A DNA stretch of 64,000 bases, from NCBI GenBank assembly GCA_964016885.1, contig OZ024740.1, positions 159,340,001 to 159,404,000 on the forward strand, given 5' to 3'. The translations under genes and the position numbers were made by a program. Under the pieces are notes generated by a model. The model had not been told where the DNA came from. It searched no databases and saw nothing but the letters and a program-made list of their open reading frames with translations. Shown in pieces: positions 27,543 through 41,618 of this stretch. Source of the stretch: Eledone cirrhosa (Eukaryota). Position 1 is the stretch's first letter. The number at the start of each line of letters is the position of its first letter.

Positions 27543-28017
27543 TTGTGTATGCGTGTGTCAATGTATGCATATTAGAGAGTGTATTTGTGGACTGTTTGCG
27601 GATATGTGTGCTGGCATATTAATGTATTTTGGTGTCTGTATAAATGTGTCTTCACCTGTGTGTGTGTGTTCATCAGTGCTTGTATCTATTACGCACATGT
27701 ATACGAGTGTAGTGTATGTGTAAATGTGTGTGTGTACAGATATGTGTATTTGTATGCATCCATGTGTGCGTCTTTGCGGTTGCGTGTGTATACCAGATCA
27801 TTATACAAGCTGTATCGATTAAGTGACTGCATTTCAATCGATCCGTCTGCGTATGCACGCGCATAAACGTGTAGAGTATAAGGTAGCGGTGGAGGTGGAA
27901 GTGTTAAAGATTTTTTTTACATCTGTTTTTTTTTAATGTAATTATTGTTGTTGTTCTTTTACTTGTCATTATTTTGGGGGGATTTTTTTCTTCTCTATTT
28001 TTGTTCTCTTTTTGTGA

Positions 28018-28135
28018 ACGCATTTATCTTACTTTCACTATTAACAAAAATACACACGCCGTCTCTGTCGAATTTCAAGTTCGCCGAATTCCATCTATTT
28101 ATTCCTTCTCGCTAGAATACCACACACATCTACCC
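28018..28135 (+). repeat. unclassified dispersed repeat
   Basis: Direct copy at about 38197-38305 (acgcatttatctt...gaatttcaagttcgccgaattc). Confidence 0.7.
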
Positions 28136-28480
28136 CCACACACGCACTCGCAGTCACACACAAACATATATAATTACACACATAGGTTTATGTGTGTAAT
28201 ACACTCGCATATCCACATATACATTAACAGATACGCACACACACTCGAATACACACATATACAAACAAGCATGCGAATACACGTACATTTACTATTTCTG
28301 CTTGTGTTGAGGAAAGTCTATGCCTGTTGCCACTGCCATTCAACCAAATACACATTAGGCCATTATATTAACCACCAGCCAACCATCCAGTCAGCCAGCT
28401 AGCCACCATATCAGCCAACACAGCCAATCGAACTAGTTCTTTTTCTCTATATTTTTCTATTTTTCGCACACACACATCTC

Positions 28481-28530
<50 letters not shown>

Positions 28531-28567
28531 CTTTGACGCACACACTCACGTACACGTACTTAATCAA

Positions 28568-28649
<82 letters not shown>

Positions 28650-29166
28650 CAAGGTAAAGGATCGAATAGATATCTTGTTTATGAGAAATACGTGTTCTAT
28701 TTTTTTTCTTTCATTTCCTACTTTGTTTCTGCGCTCTAAATGTTCAATGTCAATTACATTCATTTGAGTTTTTCAATAATACATGGCTTCCATGTCCCTC
28801 TTATATGCTCTATACTTAACTTTAATAGCTATTTTCTACTAAAAATGCCAATCGTTGAAAGTTATGTATAAAGAGGCAGCCATAAAAATGTCGTATATAC
28901 GGAGAAAGATAATTTTTTTTTGCTATAATGTGGAAAATGGTGTTTAATTTCTTTAATGAACCAATTCGTTTATATACACAATATACAAGATGTATTTTTT
29001 TCTGTCTAACCAATTTCGATCCACTGCTCGATAAAACCACAGTAATTATGCTTCTCTCTTGCTGTCTATGCCCGGGTGCTCCTGTTGTCGGGTTCCCAGC
29101 TTTCATCATCAACACCCATTACATCTATTTCACCTAAAATACAGTGCATTATGCATGACATATATG

Positions 29167-29233
<67 letters not shown>

Positions 29234-29442
29234 GCAAGTTTGAAGAATTAATAGATATACAGTATTTCCTCTTCCTAGTTCGTAGAAATCAACCACATAA
29301 AAAATCATTTAAACGAGGATATAAATTTAAAATGTAACTATCAAGAAATAATAGACAAATGATACAGACTATCTTCCGCGAGCGACAGCCAGATAAAATT
29401 TACCTAGTTATTTCTTTTAGCCCGTAGAAATTGACTAGACAA

Positions 29443-29634
29443 ATAATTGTTTCTACTTTTGGCACAAGGCCAGCAATTACCCAGAACATTACTGGTACTT
29501 TATTTTATCGACCCCGTAAGGATGAAAGGCAAAGTTAACCTCGGCGGGATTTGAACTCAGAATGGCAAGGGCCGTAACTCTATACCTCAAAGCATGGCTT
29601 CCGACCCTTTACCGATACTGCCAATCCACCACCC
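29443..29634 (-). mobile_element. SINE family A with target-site duplication
   Basis: Flanked by direct repeat attgactagacaaataat at about 29430-29447 and 29636-29653. Confidence 0.9.
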
Positions 29635-30099
29635 TATTGACTAGACAAATAATCAACACGGAGTTAGGTATAAAATAGAAGTTTGATGAAAAAATGCATA
29701 TAAACTTTACCAAAATTCCTCTAGTCTCGACTACCGGTAGTTTCATTGCTTTTCAGTGGATATACCCGATCTTGGATTTATCCACGAGGCTTGGTACTCA
29801 TCAAGAGACGCCCCGAGTCTGGACTAAAGTTATATATATATATTTGTGTGTGTATGTGCGTGTGTATATGTGTATACATATATATGTATATATATATATG
29901 TGTGTGTGTATACATAGCTACTTGAGTACAATTTCGTATTAAAAAGCATATAGTTAATTCATATATTTTAATACATGATGCAAGTAATGCCATAGAAATT
30001 GCCAGTTTCATAGACAGCATTCGTAAAAGCACGTATTCTCCAATATGAGATTTTCTACGTGCATCTTGTCAGGTCTAAGCATCTGTTTTGACGACATTC

Positions 30100-30285
30100 A
30101 GTGGATTGGCAGTATCGCTAGAGAGTCGGACCATGCTTTCCAGCATAGTTACGTCCCTTTACGGTCTGAGTTCAAATCCCACCAAGGTTAACTTTGCCTT
30201 TCATCCTTACGGGTTCGAGAAAATAAAGTACCAGTAATGTACTGGGTAATTGCTGGCCTTGTGCCAAAAGTAGAAACAGTTATTT
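30100..30285 (+). mobile_element. SINE family A
   Basis: Conserved body. Confidence 0.9.
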
Positions 30286-30625
30286 AGTATATATAACACT
30301 ATGCATATATATATATATATATATATATAGCAGTGTGGATTGACAAAATCGTTAGGGTGTTTGGGCAATAATGTCTGCTCTATTTATTAACTTACGTTCT
30401 GATTCCAAATTCCACCTAAGTCAACTTTACCTTTCAACGTCTGGGCTCGATAAAATAAAATATCAGTCAAGTTTTGGCTCGATGTAATCAAATATACCAC
30501 TCCCTCTGATATTCGAGGTCCTGTTACTATGTTAAACATCAATATGCTGTGTACACACTATATTTTATGCATTTTATTATCGTGTAAACATAGTATATTG
30601 TACACGTTTTATTATAGAGTATTTA

Positions 30626-30843
30626 GGGCGGTGGATTGGCAGTGTCGTTAAGGCAACGGACACCATGCTTCGCGGCATAGTGTTACGGCCCTTGACGTTC
30701 TGAGTTCAAATCCCGTCGAGGCTAGCTTTGTCTTTCATCATTACGGGGTTCGATAAAATAAAGCATCAGTAATACACGTGGGTCTATTTAATCGACTTTC
30801 CACTCCCCTTCAAATTGCTGGCCTTGTGCCTAAAGTAGAAACA
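30626..30843 (+). mobile_element. SINE family A, long variant
   Basis: Full length from gggcggtggattggc. Flanked by direct repeat atagagtat. Confidence 0.9.
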
Positions 30844-32171
30844 CTCATAGAGTATACTGTGTAACCTTCAATATAGACTATATACTATATAAGGCGAACT
30901 ATTTAGCAGAGTCGTTAGGACACCGGATGAAATAAATTGTAATGTTTTTTTTACTAACTCTCTGCAATTAACGTTCAAATCTCGCCAAGGTTTAGCTTCC
31001 ATTTCATCTTTTTGTCCTCGATAAAGAATGGCTGCAGCATATCCGAATGGTTAAGAGGCCCGCTTCTCAATCATTAGTTTCAGAGTTCGATCCCACTGCG
31101 TGGATTCTTCGGCAAGTGTCATTTACCATATCCTCGAGACCATCCCCTGTGAGTGAAATTGGATAGCTGGAAACTGTTTGGAAGCCCATTTACTTTATGG
31201 ATACACGTGTCTGTAACAAATGGAACACTTATCGTCAAAATCGATGGAAATCCATCGTGTCTTGACTGATACATTTATGTTATCGACCCAGTATTTGACT
31301 GGTACTTTTATTATATCATCTTCGATATCTGGACGCTGATTGTAAAGATAAAGTTTATTTGCATGAGGTGTTTCTATTTTATCAGAAGTATCTGTTAGCA
31401 CCATAAAAAAAAAAGATTATCTTGCCACAGAATTATATTTTCATTTCTTCTCTATCTCTGTCCGCCCCCTTTTGATTTACCCCCCCCCCTCTCTCTCTCC
31501 CTCTACACACATATATATATAGTATATATATATATATATATGAAAAGTGTAATTTTCTACACAAAACGAAGGTTATAGAGAACATTGAGGTTGGTAATGG
31601 CACATGGAATATATAAGAGACAGAATACTTTTTTGTGAAAAAACATAATTTTATAAGGTAAGGAAATAATAAAGGGTATAAAAAATGACCGGTTTCGATG
31701 GGTCTGCAAAAGCCATCTTTTCAAATGTTGATTAATATTAAGAAAAATTAATAATACGAAGAGTTAAAATTTGAGACTTGAAAATTCAAGTATAAAATTC
31801 ATTGTGGGATTTCATAGCAGTTTTCATCTAGGTAGCAACAACAGGTTGACTGCTGTGTCCCTTTCTGGTAGTGAATGAGAAGTTATTTGGGGTGTGGGTT
31901 ATTTTATAAAGGTCAGATTTAGCAATCACCAACTGGCCAGCTGCTGGTCAGTAAGGGGGTGGAAGCAATATACACACACATATCTTCCTGTGGTGGGTAG
32001 GAGAGTGGAGCGTGATAGAAAGGGATTTAGTGCACTTACACCTATATATACACACATACCTTCATCCACACATACATACATATACATATACATATACATA
32101 TATATATATATATATATATACATATACACACATATATATACATACACATACATCCAGATACACACATACAT

Positions 32172-32251
<80 letters not shown>

Positions 32252-32867
32252 CCCCACACATACACACACACACACATATATATATACATACACACATACA
32301 AACATACACACACACACACATATATATACACACATACACACACATATATACACACACACACACACACACGCATATATATATATATATACACATACGCATA
32401 CATCCAGATACCCACATACATACACACACACACACACACGCACACACAATACATACATCCACATGCACACACATACACACACACACACACACATATACAC
32501 ATACATACACATACATACACACACACACAGAGAAATGGCCTTCAAATATATATATATATATATATATATACATACAGACACATATTTTTTCCATAATATA
32601 AGAAGTTGGGGCAGTGAAATTAAAATACAAGTCATTCTGATCACATTGAGTTCTTCATGTAGATTGGGCCCCGCAACCGACAGTGGTGAATTCTGTGTGC
32701 GCATATATATATAGATATATGTGTGTGCACGTGCAGGGTTTAACATGGATGTGTTGGTCACACAAAGGCATGGTCTGTCAATGAATAAACCTGATTCTAC
32801 AGAATTGGTCTCTGGTCTTTAATAGTAGTGATTCCGTGCGTATGTGTGTTTATATTTTATGACAAAT

Positions 32868-33601
32868 CTATTGGGGTGATAACCCGTTTAGTTTTGGTTT
32901 AAATTTGTTAAGGAATAGATTTTCTTTGTTTATTCTTTGTTGCTGTGTGAACGAATCTGAGCACTTGTAGAAGGGGAAGATTTTAAAGTTGGGTAGTGTC
33001 ATTTCTGCGCAGTTCGCAATATGGCTGCTCAAGGGGATTTTTCTTGTGTTAGCGTCCCGGATTTGTTGGCGGTGGATGGTCATTCTTTTGCGTAATGAGG
33101 TGCCCGTCTGTCCTATGTAGTTGTGTTTGCACCCACCGCAAGTTATTGCGTAAATCAAGTTCTCCGAGTTGCAGGTGAAATTCTTTTTTACTGTAAATGT
33201 TTGGCCATCTTTGAATGTAAATGTTTGTCCTTCAGTGAGGTAGAGGCACGTTCCACAGTTTGTTCTACCACATTTGGTAACTGTAGGGTTGAGGATTGGT
33301 TTGGGTATATTTGGTCCAGTGAGAATGCGTTTAAGTGATTTGGGTTGTCTTTTACTTTTAAGGATCTTGTGTGTTTCAAGAATAGACTTCATTTTTACAT
33401 CTTTAAGTAGGATGGGGAGATTTTTGTGTAGGTGATCAAACATTTCGGTATTTCTGGGGTTGAAAGTGGATACATATGGCAGGGTGTTGAGTGTGGTTTT
33501 CTGTTTTGGATTGTTAAGTTGATGGGGATTTAGGTGTTTTGCCCTGTCTATTCCATTGTTGATTATTTCAAGTGGAAAGGCTCTTAAGATAAGGGTGTCT
33601 T
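32868..33601 (-). pseudogene. PLE C-terminal thumb / Zn-finger / GIY-YIG endonuclease fragment
   Basis: [56 protein letters not shown]....KF.PKLN. Confidence 0.92.
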
Positions 33602-33698
33602 GTGTATATATATATGTGTGTGTGTGTATATATATATGCACACACTATATTTCAAGTGGAAAGGCTCTTAAGATAAGGGTGTCTTGTGTATATATATA

Positions 33699-33775
<77 letters not shown>

Positions 33776-33814
33776 ATGTATGTGTGTATCTGGATGTATG
33801 TGTATGTATATATA

Positions 33815-33861
<47 letters not shown>

Positions 33862-34321
33862 ATGTGTATATGTGTGTGTGTGTGTATGTGTGTATGTATA
33901 TGTATGTGTGTGTGTATGTATGTGTGTATATGTATATATATATATATATATATGTATATGTATATGTATATGTATGTATGTGTGGATGAAGGTATGTGTG
34001 TATATATAGGTGTAAGTGCACTAAATCCCTTTCTATCACGCTCCACTCTCCTACCCACCACAGGAAGATATGTGTGTGTATATTGCTTCCACCCCCTCAC
34101 TGACCAGCAGCTGGCCAGTTGGTGATTGCTAAATCTGACCTTTATAAAATAACCCACACCCCAAATAACTTCTCATTCACTACCAGAAAGGGACACAGCA
34201 GTCAACCTGTTGTTGCTACCTAGATGAAAACTGCTATGAAATCCCACAATGAATTTTATACTTGAATTTTCAAGTCTCAAATTTTAACTCTTCGTATTAT
34301 TAATTTTTCTTAATATTAATC

Positions 34322-34370
34322 AACATTTGAAAAGATGGCTTTTGCAGACCCATCGAAACCGGTCATTTTT
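34322..34370 (+). ncRNA. degenerate hammerhead (mirror at 31681-31729 on the minus strand)
   Basis: aacat ttgaaaa gatgg-cttttgcagac-ccatc GAAA ccgg TC atttt. The CUGANGA core is doubly mutated in both arms. Confidence 0.6.
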
Positions 34371-34464
34371 TATACCCTTTATTATTTCCTTACCTTATAA
34401 AATTATGTTTTTTCACAAAAAAGTATTCTGTCTCTTATATATTCCATGTGCCATTACCAACCTC

Positions 34465-34600
<136 letters not shown>

Positions 34601-34602
34601 GT

Positions 34603-35211
34603 ATAAGAAAAAGTTTCAAAATAAATTTCAAAAAATTTACTGTACTCACTATGGTTACCTTTACCGAATCGGTTTCGAGTCTCAAAAATAAATGGACAGT
34701 CCTTGCGGCCTTCCATTGAAAAGATAAACTCTCGTCAGAAGGTTCTTTTCACTCGGAGAATATAAAATTCCCGAGTTCAAATTACGAACTGGCGCTATTC
34801 AAAATTGTTCCCGAGATGAGAATGAATGATGTGGAAGCAATTCTGTCCAGTGCCGTGTTTAAAGATACAAGCAGAGGCAGGGAGGTCAGTTTACTACCAC
34901 TATAAATAGAAGCAGTCAAAACGACCAAATATTTTCTCGACCAAGAGGAGCTAATAATAATAAAGTATATATCCCTACACACAATAAGCGTCCAGGGACA
35001 CATGTATTGTCCAACCATATGCCAATGTGGTTCAATGGCAGGTTAATAAATTAACGAGCCAGAACATATATAATCAAGGTTTAGCAAATAAGAAAAAGTT
35101 TCAAAATAAATTTCAAAAAATTCACTCTACTCACTATTCACTGTACTCACCGAATCGGTTTCGAGTCTCAAAATTAAATGGACAGTTCTTGCGGCGGCTT
35201 TCCATTGAAAA

Positions 35212-35215
<4 letters not shown>
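34603..35215 (-). mobile_element. ORF-less, terminally redundant hammerhead element (retrozyme-like, ~486-nt period)
   Basis: 34604-34725 is repeated directly at 35089-35215. Flanked by (TA)n. Confidence 0.8.
34657..34743 (-). ncRNA. type I hammerhead ribozyme, intact
   Basis: Minus strand reads acctt CTGACGA gagttt [loop with internal aatgga/tccatt helix] agactc GAAA ccg-att-cgg TA aaggt. Confidence 0.9.
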
Positions 35216-35276
<61 letters not shown>

Positions 35277-35334
35277 CCAATACTGGAATTGAACCATCCA
35301 GGCCGTTGAGGTATGTCATACATCAATTCATGTA

Positions 35335-35396
35335 TTTTATCTGACGAGGACGTACTGAAAAAACAGCACAGTACCTTCGAAATATATATAATAAAA
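35335..35396 (+). ncRNA. type I hammerhead ribozyme within a ~265-bp island (35275-35540) in (TA)n
   Basis: ttttat CTGACGA ggacgtactg-aaaaaacagca-cagtaccttc GAAA tatata TA ataaaa. Confidence 0.85.
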
Positions 35397-35804
35397 CATA
35401 TTTTTATTATGTGAATGTCTTCATTTATTAATATTCTGAATAATATTAATAACACCAGAAAACGTCACTGTAGAGTGCTTTTAATCTATTGTAAAACTAT
35501 ATTCATCGAGTAATCAATGAACCATATTAATCTTTGGTTATATATATATATATATATATATATATGGACAATAACAACACATTGGGATGGGAACTTCCCT
35601 CAAGCTATAGGGTCAGTAGACCCGCCACATAGAGCCCAAGGTAAACCACCCCTACACACTCACCACCCCTACTACCGCCTCGATCGACTCCTAGAGCAAC
35701 ACATACTTATACATATGTCCATATATAGATACTGTTATTTAAAATTCTACATATATAAATATGTGTGTATATATATATATATTTTTTCAAAACATACTTA
35801 CTTG

Positions 35805-35836
<32 letters not shown>

Positions 35837-36599
35837 TAAAATAACAGATTAAAGTTTAAGCAAAGAATCGCTGCTTTCACCCTTAACGGGATCTTCTGAA
35901 ACTAACAAAGTCAATCTGTAAACGCAGAAGTGGATATTTAAAAAAACATTGCAACCGGAGGAAGACAGGAAGACGATACTTTGGTTCATGGAAACGTCCC
36001 CTGGCAAAGAACGGGAAAAAATGAATATAATACGTCATTAATAGGAGCGGTGATAAACAATTACACGCAAAGACAGAACCACGTTTATGGTATAAAAGAA
36101 TGTTTGCAACATCAATTGGCGCGAAATGTATAGTGCTTATTCACGTGACATTCAACAACCAACCAAATCTTAATACCTCCCAACCCACTTTTTTCACATA
36201 AAACAGGAAGAATTTTCAAAGCTGATCAGATTAGAGCAAAAATCACGAGCACTCTATCTCAAAATTATTTTTGAAAAGTATAAGAAATGCGCAACCGGTA
36301 AAAAACTTTAAACTAAAACTGAATACTAACTAATACTTATTACTAATTTATACTTATTCCTAATTAAACAATCTTTCTCTGGGAAAAATTTGTCAGCATT
36401 TTTTTTTCCTTTTTACTAATATATATATATATACACACGCGCACACACACACACACACTCATACTGAAAAAATTAATAAGCAGCATACGCATGTGCGCCT
36501 GCGCGCGTATGTGTCAATATATTCAGTATGTTTAGTTAAACGCACGAATTAAAGATCTTGTGTATTAAGTTTCTCGTACATTCCTGTCATTTGTTAAGT

Positions 36600-36680
<81 letters not shown>

Positions 36681-37147
36681 AGAGATAGAGAGAGTGCGAG
36701 AGAGAGAGAGAGCAGCTTAGTGTTCTTAAACTAAGTGGCTAAGGATGAAGGTTTAGCTATATGTTTTTAGCGCGTAGAAAATTCAATGATGCGGTTGTCG
36801 TTACTTAGCCAAAGGTCAGCTTTATTTAAGCAGATCCTACGATCAAAGGCCTTCTAGCTATGACTACATTATCCAGTATGCTTCTTCTAAGACAGTTTTG
36901 TGTGATTTGAGCAGGTATTTGACTTATTGCTAGCAGACCATGGGACCATGCAAATACTGTAATGTAGTTGTGCATTTTCTGCTAGCTGATGTCTGCGTCT
37001 TTTAATTTGTTTTAGATGTTGATCTTGGGTCAGTTGTCATTGTCATTAACTAATGTTGATTCGAAAAGCTAAAATATATATATGATGTTGATGGTGCGCA
37101 ATGGTGTAGTTCTCTGTGTTTGGTAGAGTATTATGTCTTGTTTTCTG

Positions 37148-37343
37148 AGGGCGGTGGATTGGCAGTATCAGTAGAGAGTCGGACACCATGCTTTGCAGCA
37201 TAGAGTTATGGTCCTTTACGGTCTGAGTTCAAATCCCGCCGAGGTTAAATTTGCCTTTCATCCTTATGGGGGTCGATAACATAAAGTACCAGTAGCGTAC
37301 TAGGGTCAATTTAATCGACTTTCCCTTCTCCCCAAATTACTGG
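37148..37343 (+). mobile_element. SINE family A, long variant
   Basis: Conserved head and body. Confidence 0.9.
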
Positions 37344-37926
37344 AAATCATCATGTCTTGCTTTCTGTCTGGTATGAGGTATGAGCTTTTGAGGTGTATAA
37401 AGCGTACTTGTTTGTGTGTGTGTATGCATAATAGTACGTATATTTAGTTGAAGTAGGTTTTATAATTTCTGTATCTATATACTATAACGAGTTTATTTTT
37501 GATTGTTTAAGATTGGTTCATTGGTGAGCAGTATATTTATGGTCCTTTCATAGCAAAGATAGCACGGATAGCGTCCCCTGTGTAAGGTTTTGCTTTGATT
37601 CGAATTCTCTGTTTCAACATGAAATGAGTATTTTTTCATACAAGTGCCTAAGTATCGTACTTGTGCTAACACACACACGCGCGCGCATAAACATCCACAC
37701 ACGTATATATATCCTTAGAAAACGCGGGAAATATGTGTAGCCACAAGTAAAGTATAAGGTAAAGTATAAGGTAAAGTATCCCTATAGATGGAAAAATTGG
37801 CACTTTAAGCGATTATCTAAGCTACAATTTATAGCAATCGACTATGGTTACATTTATTTTCTCTGTCTTACATTTAAGACAACGTTTCGTTACTTCACAC
37901 TTACAATATATATATATATATATATA

Positions 37927-38050
37927 TAACAAAGAACGTGTGGTAAGGAACCAGGTTGACCATAACGCACCAGAGTACTTGATACTTAGGGTAGTAGAGT
38001 TAGGATTTAGCTGTCGAAACGGCCCGAGTTCAGCCGTCGGGGTCCTGACT

Positions 38051-38054
<4 letters not shown>
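37927..38054. mobile_element. family H1 remnant with non-overlapping arms
   Basis: Inverted long tail joined directly to tagctgtcGAAAcggc...gccgTCgggg, then the short end. Confidence 0.75.
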
Positions 38055-38090
<36 letters not shown>

Positions 38091-38091
38091 C

Positions 38092-38164
<73 letters not shown>

Positions 38165-38365
38165 ATAGCGAGAAAGATTGATTAATACACTCACTCACGC
38201 ATTTATCTTGCTTTCACTATAGACAAAAATACACACGCCGTCTGTTTTGAATTTCAAGTTCGCCGAATTCCATCTATATAGTCCTTCTCTCTAGAAAACC
38301 CACCCCCACATATATATATTTATATATATATATATATTTATGGGTTTTACTTTATAACTTTACTA

Positions 38366-39527
38366 CCAGCAGGACCCGGCGTTGCATGAGGTAGGAAACG
38401 TGAAATAGCAACACGCGTATGCAAATATTTGAAGAATGTAACTGTGTACTTTTTGAATTCCCTTATTCTCAGACAATGATTGTTCATCTACTGGAAACGT
38501 AGAGCACCAGCAGGCCGTATCCAGTAGTAACAGTGTCAGTGGGCTGATTGCGGCAATCCTGTATGCGAAAGGAGAAAGTGTTGGGGCGATGTATGTCGTA
38601 AGTCTGTTCATGTATTACGTCACGGATGGGGAACACACGTCAGTCTGAAGGAGCGACGTAGTCAATTGTGTGAAAACCAAGTAGGGATGTACGTTTAAGT
38701 AGGGATATTGAGATGACGGAATCAGCGTGGCAACGCAGCTGCAGCAGAAGGGGTCATAGTACAATTAGCACAAACGCTGGGCGGCAATGGTGGCACTGTG
38801 TTTACACAGCAACAAAAGTGCGACAAAAGGGGTCACCGCGGAATTAGCACAACCACTGTTCAGCGTACTTGCGCAGGGCGTTCATACTGCGGTGTAGGTG
38901 CAACAAAAGGGGTCTTAGTAGAAGTAGCACAGACGTGAGTTTTACGGTGTCAATAACACGACAACGTACACAGGGCCCGGATTTGCGCGTGATGACAGCA
39001 CCAAGCGTCAACAGGGCACCGACAAAAATTCTAAGGTGTTCCTCATTTCCTCAATCCCCTGAAAATGGTCCTACCTAAAAGTAAGTAAATGTTGTGTCCT
39101 CTGTTAAATAAACCAAATTTTTAACGAACTATTATACGCTACTTACTATGTTTAAGTAGCGTTTATATTGAAAATGAAAATGGCATGTAATGCTCAGTGC
39201 TAATTCGTAAATTTACTAGAAACCATTAATGGAATCGGAAATTGTTTTGTCCACAGCAATGCGAGGGGATTAACTAATGTGTGCTGTAAATTTCGAGGAA
39301 ATCGGCTGGATTATCTCAATGTTACGCTTCAAAAAAAGCCTAAAATGCCAAAAAATGCTGTTTTCGCCTAATGCGGGCCCCAGGGCAGAAAAAGCTAACA
39401 TTTCAGCCCATTGCACTTCAAGAAATATAAGTAACGCATGTGTAAAGTTTGAAAAAAATCGGTCGGGTACTTCTCGAGTTTTAGGGATTTACACAGACAG
39501 ACATCCTCTGTTTTATATATATAGAGA
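38366..39527 (-). mobile_element. non-autonomous Helitron (second family)
   Basis: Minus strand starts TCtctatatatataaaa with (gtct)n and ends ...gcaacgccgggtcctgCTGG. Termini resemble those of 4419-5329. Confidence 0.75.
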
Positions 39528-40399
39528 TGATTTGTATTGTTTCTATCCTTAAATCTATGAACTATTAAATATAAACATTAGAAAACTATTCAGTAATTTA
39601 AAGCACGTCTTTCAAAGACAAGAAGATATACAACATAATTTCTCGTGCTGAAATTTCAATCAGCTTAAACTTGCTTTAGATTAGCCATGAGCTAATATTT
39701 ATGTTTGGATGATTAAGTACGATGACTGAGTGGAATAGTGCGAGAAGAAAAAGAAGTGAAGGAAATTCTAACACTTAATGAAAAGCACTGCAACGTCAAC
39801 AGCCACCTACTGAAACGGCTTTTGAGTATAATTAAAAAGTTACTTTCGCAATCATAAGGTCCCTAGTTCGATCCAACAGTGTGGATCACACATCTTGGGT
39901 ATGTGTCATTTATCATAATTTAGCACCGCCCCATGTTTTTTGAGCAAAACTGAGTTAACAAAAATTGTTTAGAATCCTGTCGGGTGAAGTGTACATGTAA
40001 GTCAAAGAGCCAGCATTGTCAGCATTCCCTTTGGGAAATATGTGGAATGTTCTGCAACCTACATGCTAATTTAACAAGCAGGCTATTCCGTTGAATTGAA
40101 ACGTTCTATCGAAACAGACAGAGGTCCATTACATATAGTATTATGAGAAAGTCTATGTGGTTGCTAGACTTCTTAGAAATAGCAGTTAAATTTCTCTTCT
40201 AACCTCTAATTATATCCAAGGCCACCAGATGAAGTGAGCAACATTTTTTAACCTCGCAGTTTGTTGATTTCCCTGGTACCTGGTTACAGTATCTAATCCC
40301 AGAAGAGTTTCACAGTCTGATTTTATAGGTTCTCTGGTTTGTACTAATACCATCCTCAATGGTTGGGAACCTATATTATTTGCATGAACACCCATGGAG

Positions 40400-41572
40400 G
40401 TGTACGTTTAGAGTACGGCTTTGGTCTCAAAGACATATCAACAATGAAACAAAAATACATGTTTATCGTTCTTTTGAGTTACCGTCTCTTCTGTACTCTT
40501 CTGTAACTTGGACTTGTTATAAATATCACTTTAGACTCCTGGAACGATTCCATCAAGCATGCTTACGGCATATTCTGAAAATAAAATGGAATTCATTCAC
40601 TCCTAACTCTGACGTTCTAGTTGCATCTAATTTTGAAAAACCAACTGAGGTGGTCTGAACATATTGTCTGCATACCTGATGATTGTACTCTTAAGCAACT
40701 GTTTCGTGAAGGCGCATGGCTTAGTGGTTAGAGCATTGAGCTTGCAATCGAAAGGTTGGGAGTTCAATTCTCGGACCGGGTGATGTGTTGTTTCCTTGAG
40801 CAAGACACTTTATTTCACATTGCTCCAGTTTACTCAGCTGTAGAAATGACTGGGCCCTTATCACTAAATTACCCAAGACACCTCCAACGAGATATACATT
40901 GGAGGAGGCCAGCTAAACCTGCATGGGTGTGAGCTGTCACACACACAACTGTTTCGTGGGGAACTTGCTCAAGGTAAAAGAAAACAGAGTAAGCCAAAGA
41001 AAAGGTTCAATGATGCATTGAAGGAGAACTTGAAGAATGTAGGAATTGACCCCAGAAATCTGGAAAGTCTTGTAGTGGATTGCTCTACCTGGCCTTCAAA
41101 AATATGGGATGGTGTGAAAACCTTTGAATAAAACATGTTAATACAAGTAAATATTAAGAGGAATATAAGAAGAAGAAAAAGACAGCCACAAGGGAATACG
41201 AAATCAATGGAACTTCCTCTACTTGTACAGTTTGTGACAGAATCTGCTAGTCAGAGGTTGAACTTCAATCTCACCTAAGAACACACAGCAGGGCATTCCC
41301 TACTGACTATAGAATATAGAAACCGGTTTACCATTTATAAAGGTCACGTATGCCACGTATGCCACAAGATCTGCACATCTCAAGGAGGTGTAAAGAAATA
41401 TTTTAAGGTTCATCAAGTTACATAGGCTGTATAAGCTGTGCCAAAACTAATATGCAATTTATGTGGTCGGCTTTTTAAATGTGTCTGGTCTAAAAAGCCA
41501 CATGAGATCTCATGTCAGAACTGAACATCATGTACACTGGAGTGGTCAAGCTTTGTATTGAACCGACAACCG
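40400..41572 (+). pseudogene. 3' part of an RTE (BovB-like) LINE with C2H2-like zinc fingers, interrupted by a SINE
   Basis: TKIHVY..LPSLLYSSVTWT..LERFHQACLRHILKIKW, QLRW, GEL..GKR...KPKKRFNDALK, then three CxxC..H(xxxH) motifs. Confidence 0.85.
40709..40945 (+). mobile_element. tRNA-derived SINE family B with 13-bp TSD
   Basis: A-box tggcttagtgg, B-box gagttcaattc, (CA)n tail. TSD caactgtttcgtg at 40696-40708 and 40946-40958. Confidence 0.92.
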
Positions 41573-41585
41573 TTATATATATATG

Positions 41586-41618
<33 letters not shown>

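Noticed and set aside
40709-40780. tRNA gene
   Set aside because: It is a SINE head, continuing into a CORE-like body, a tail and a TSD.
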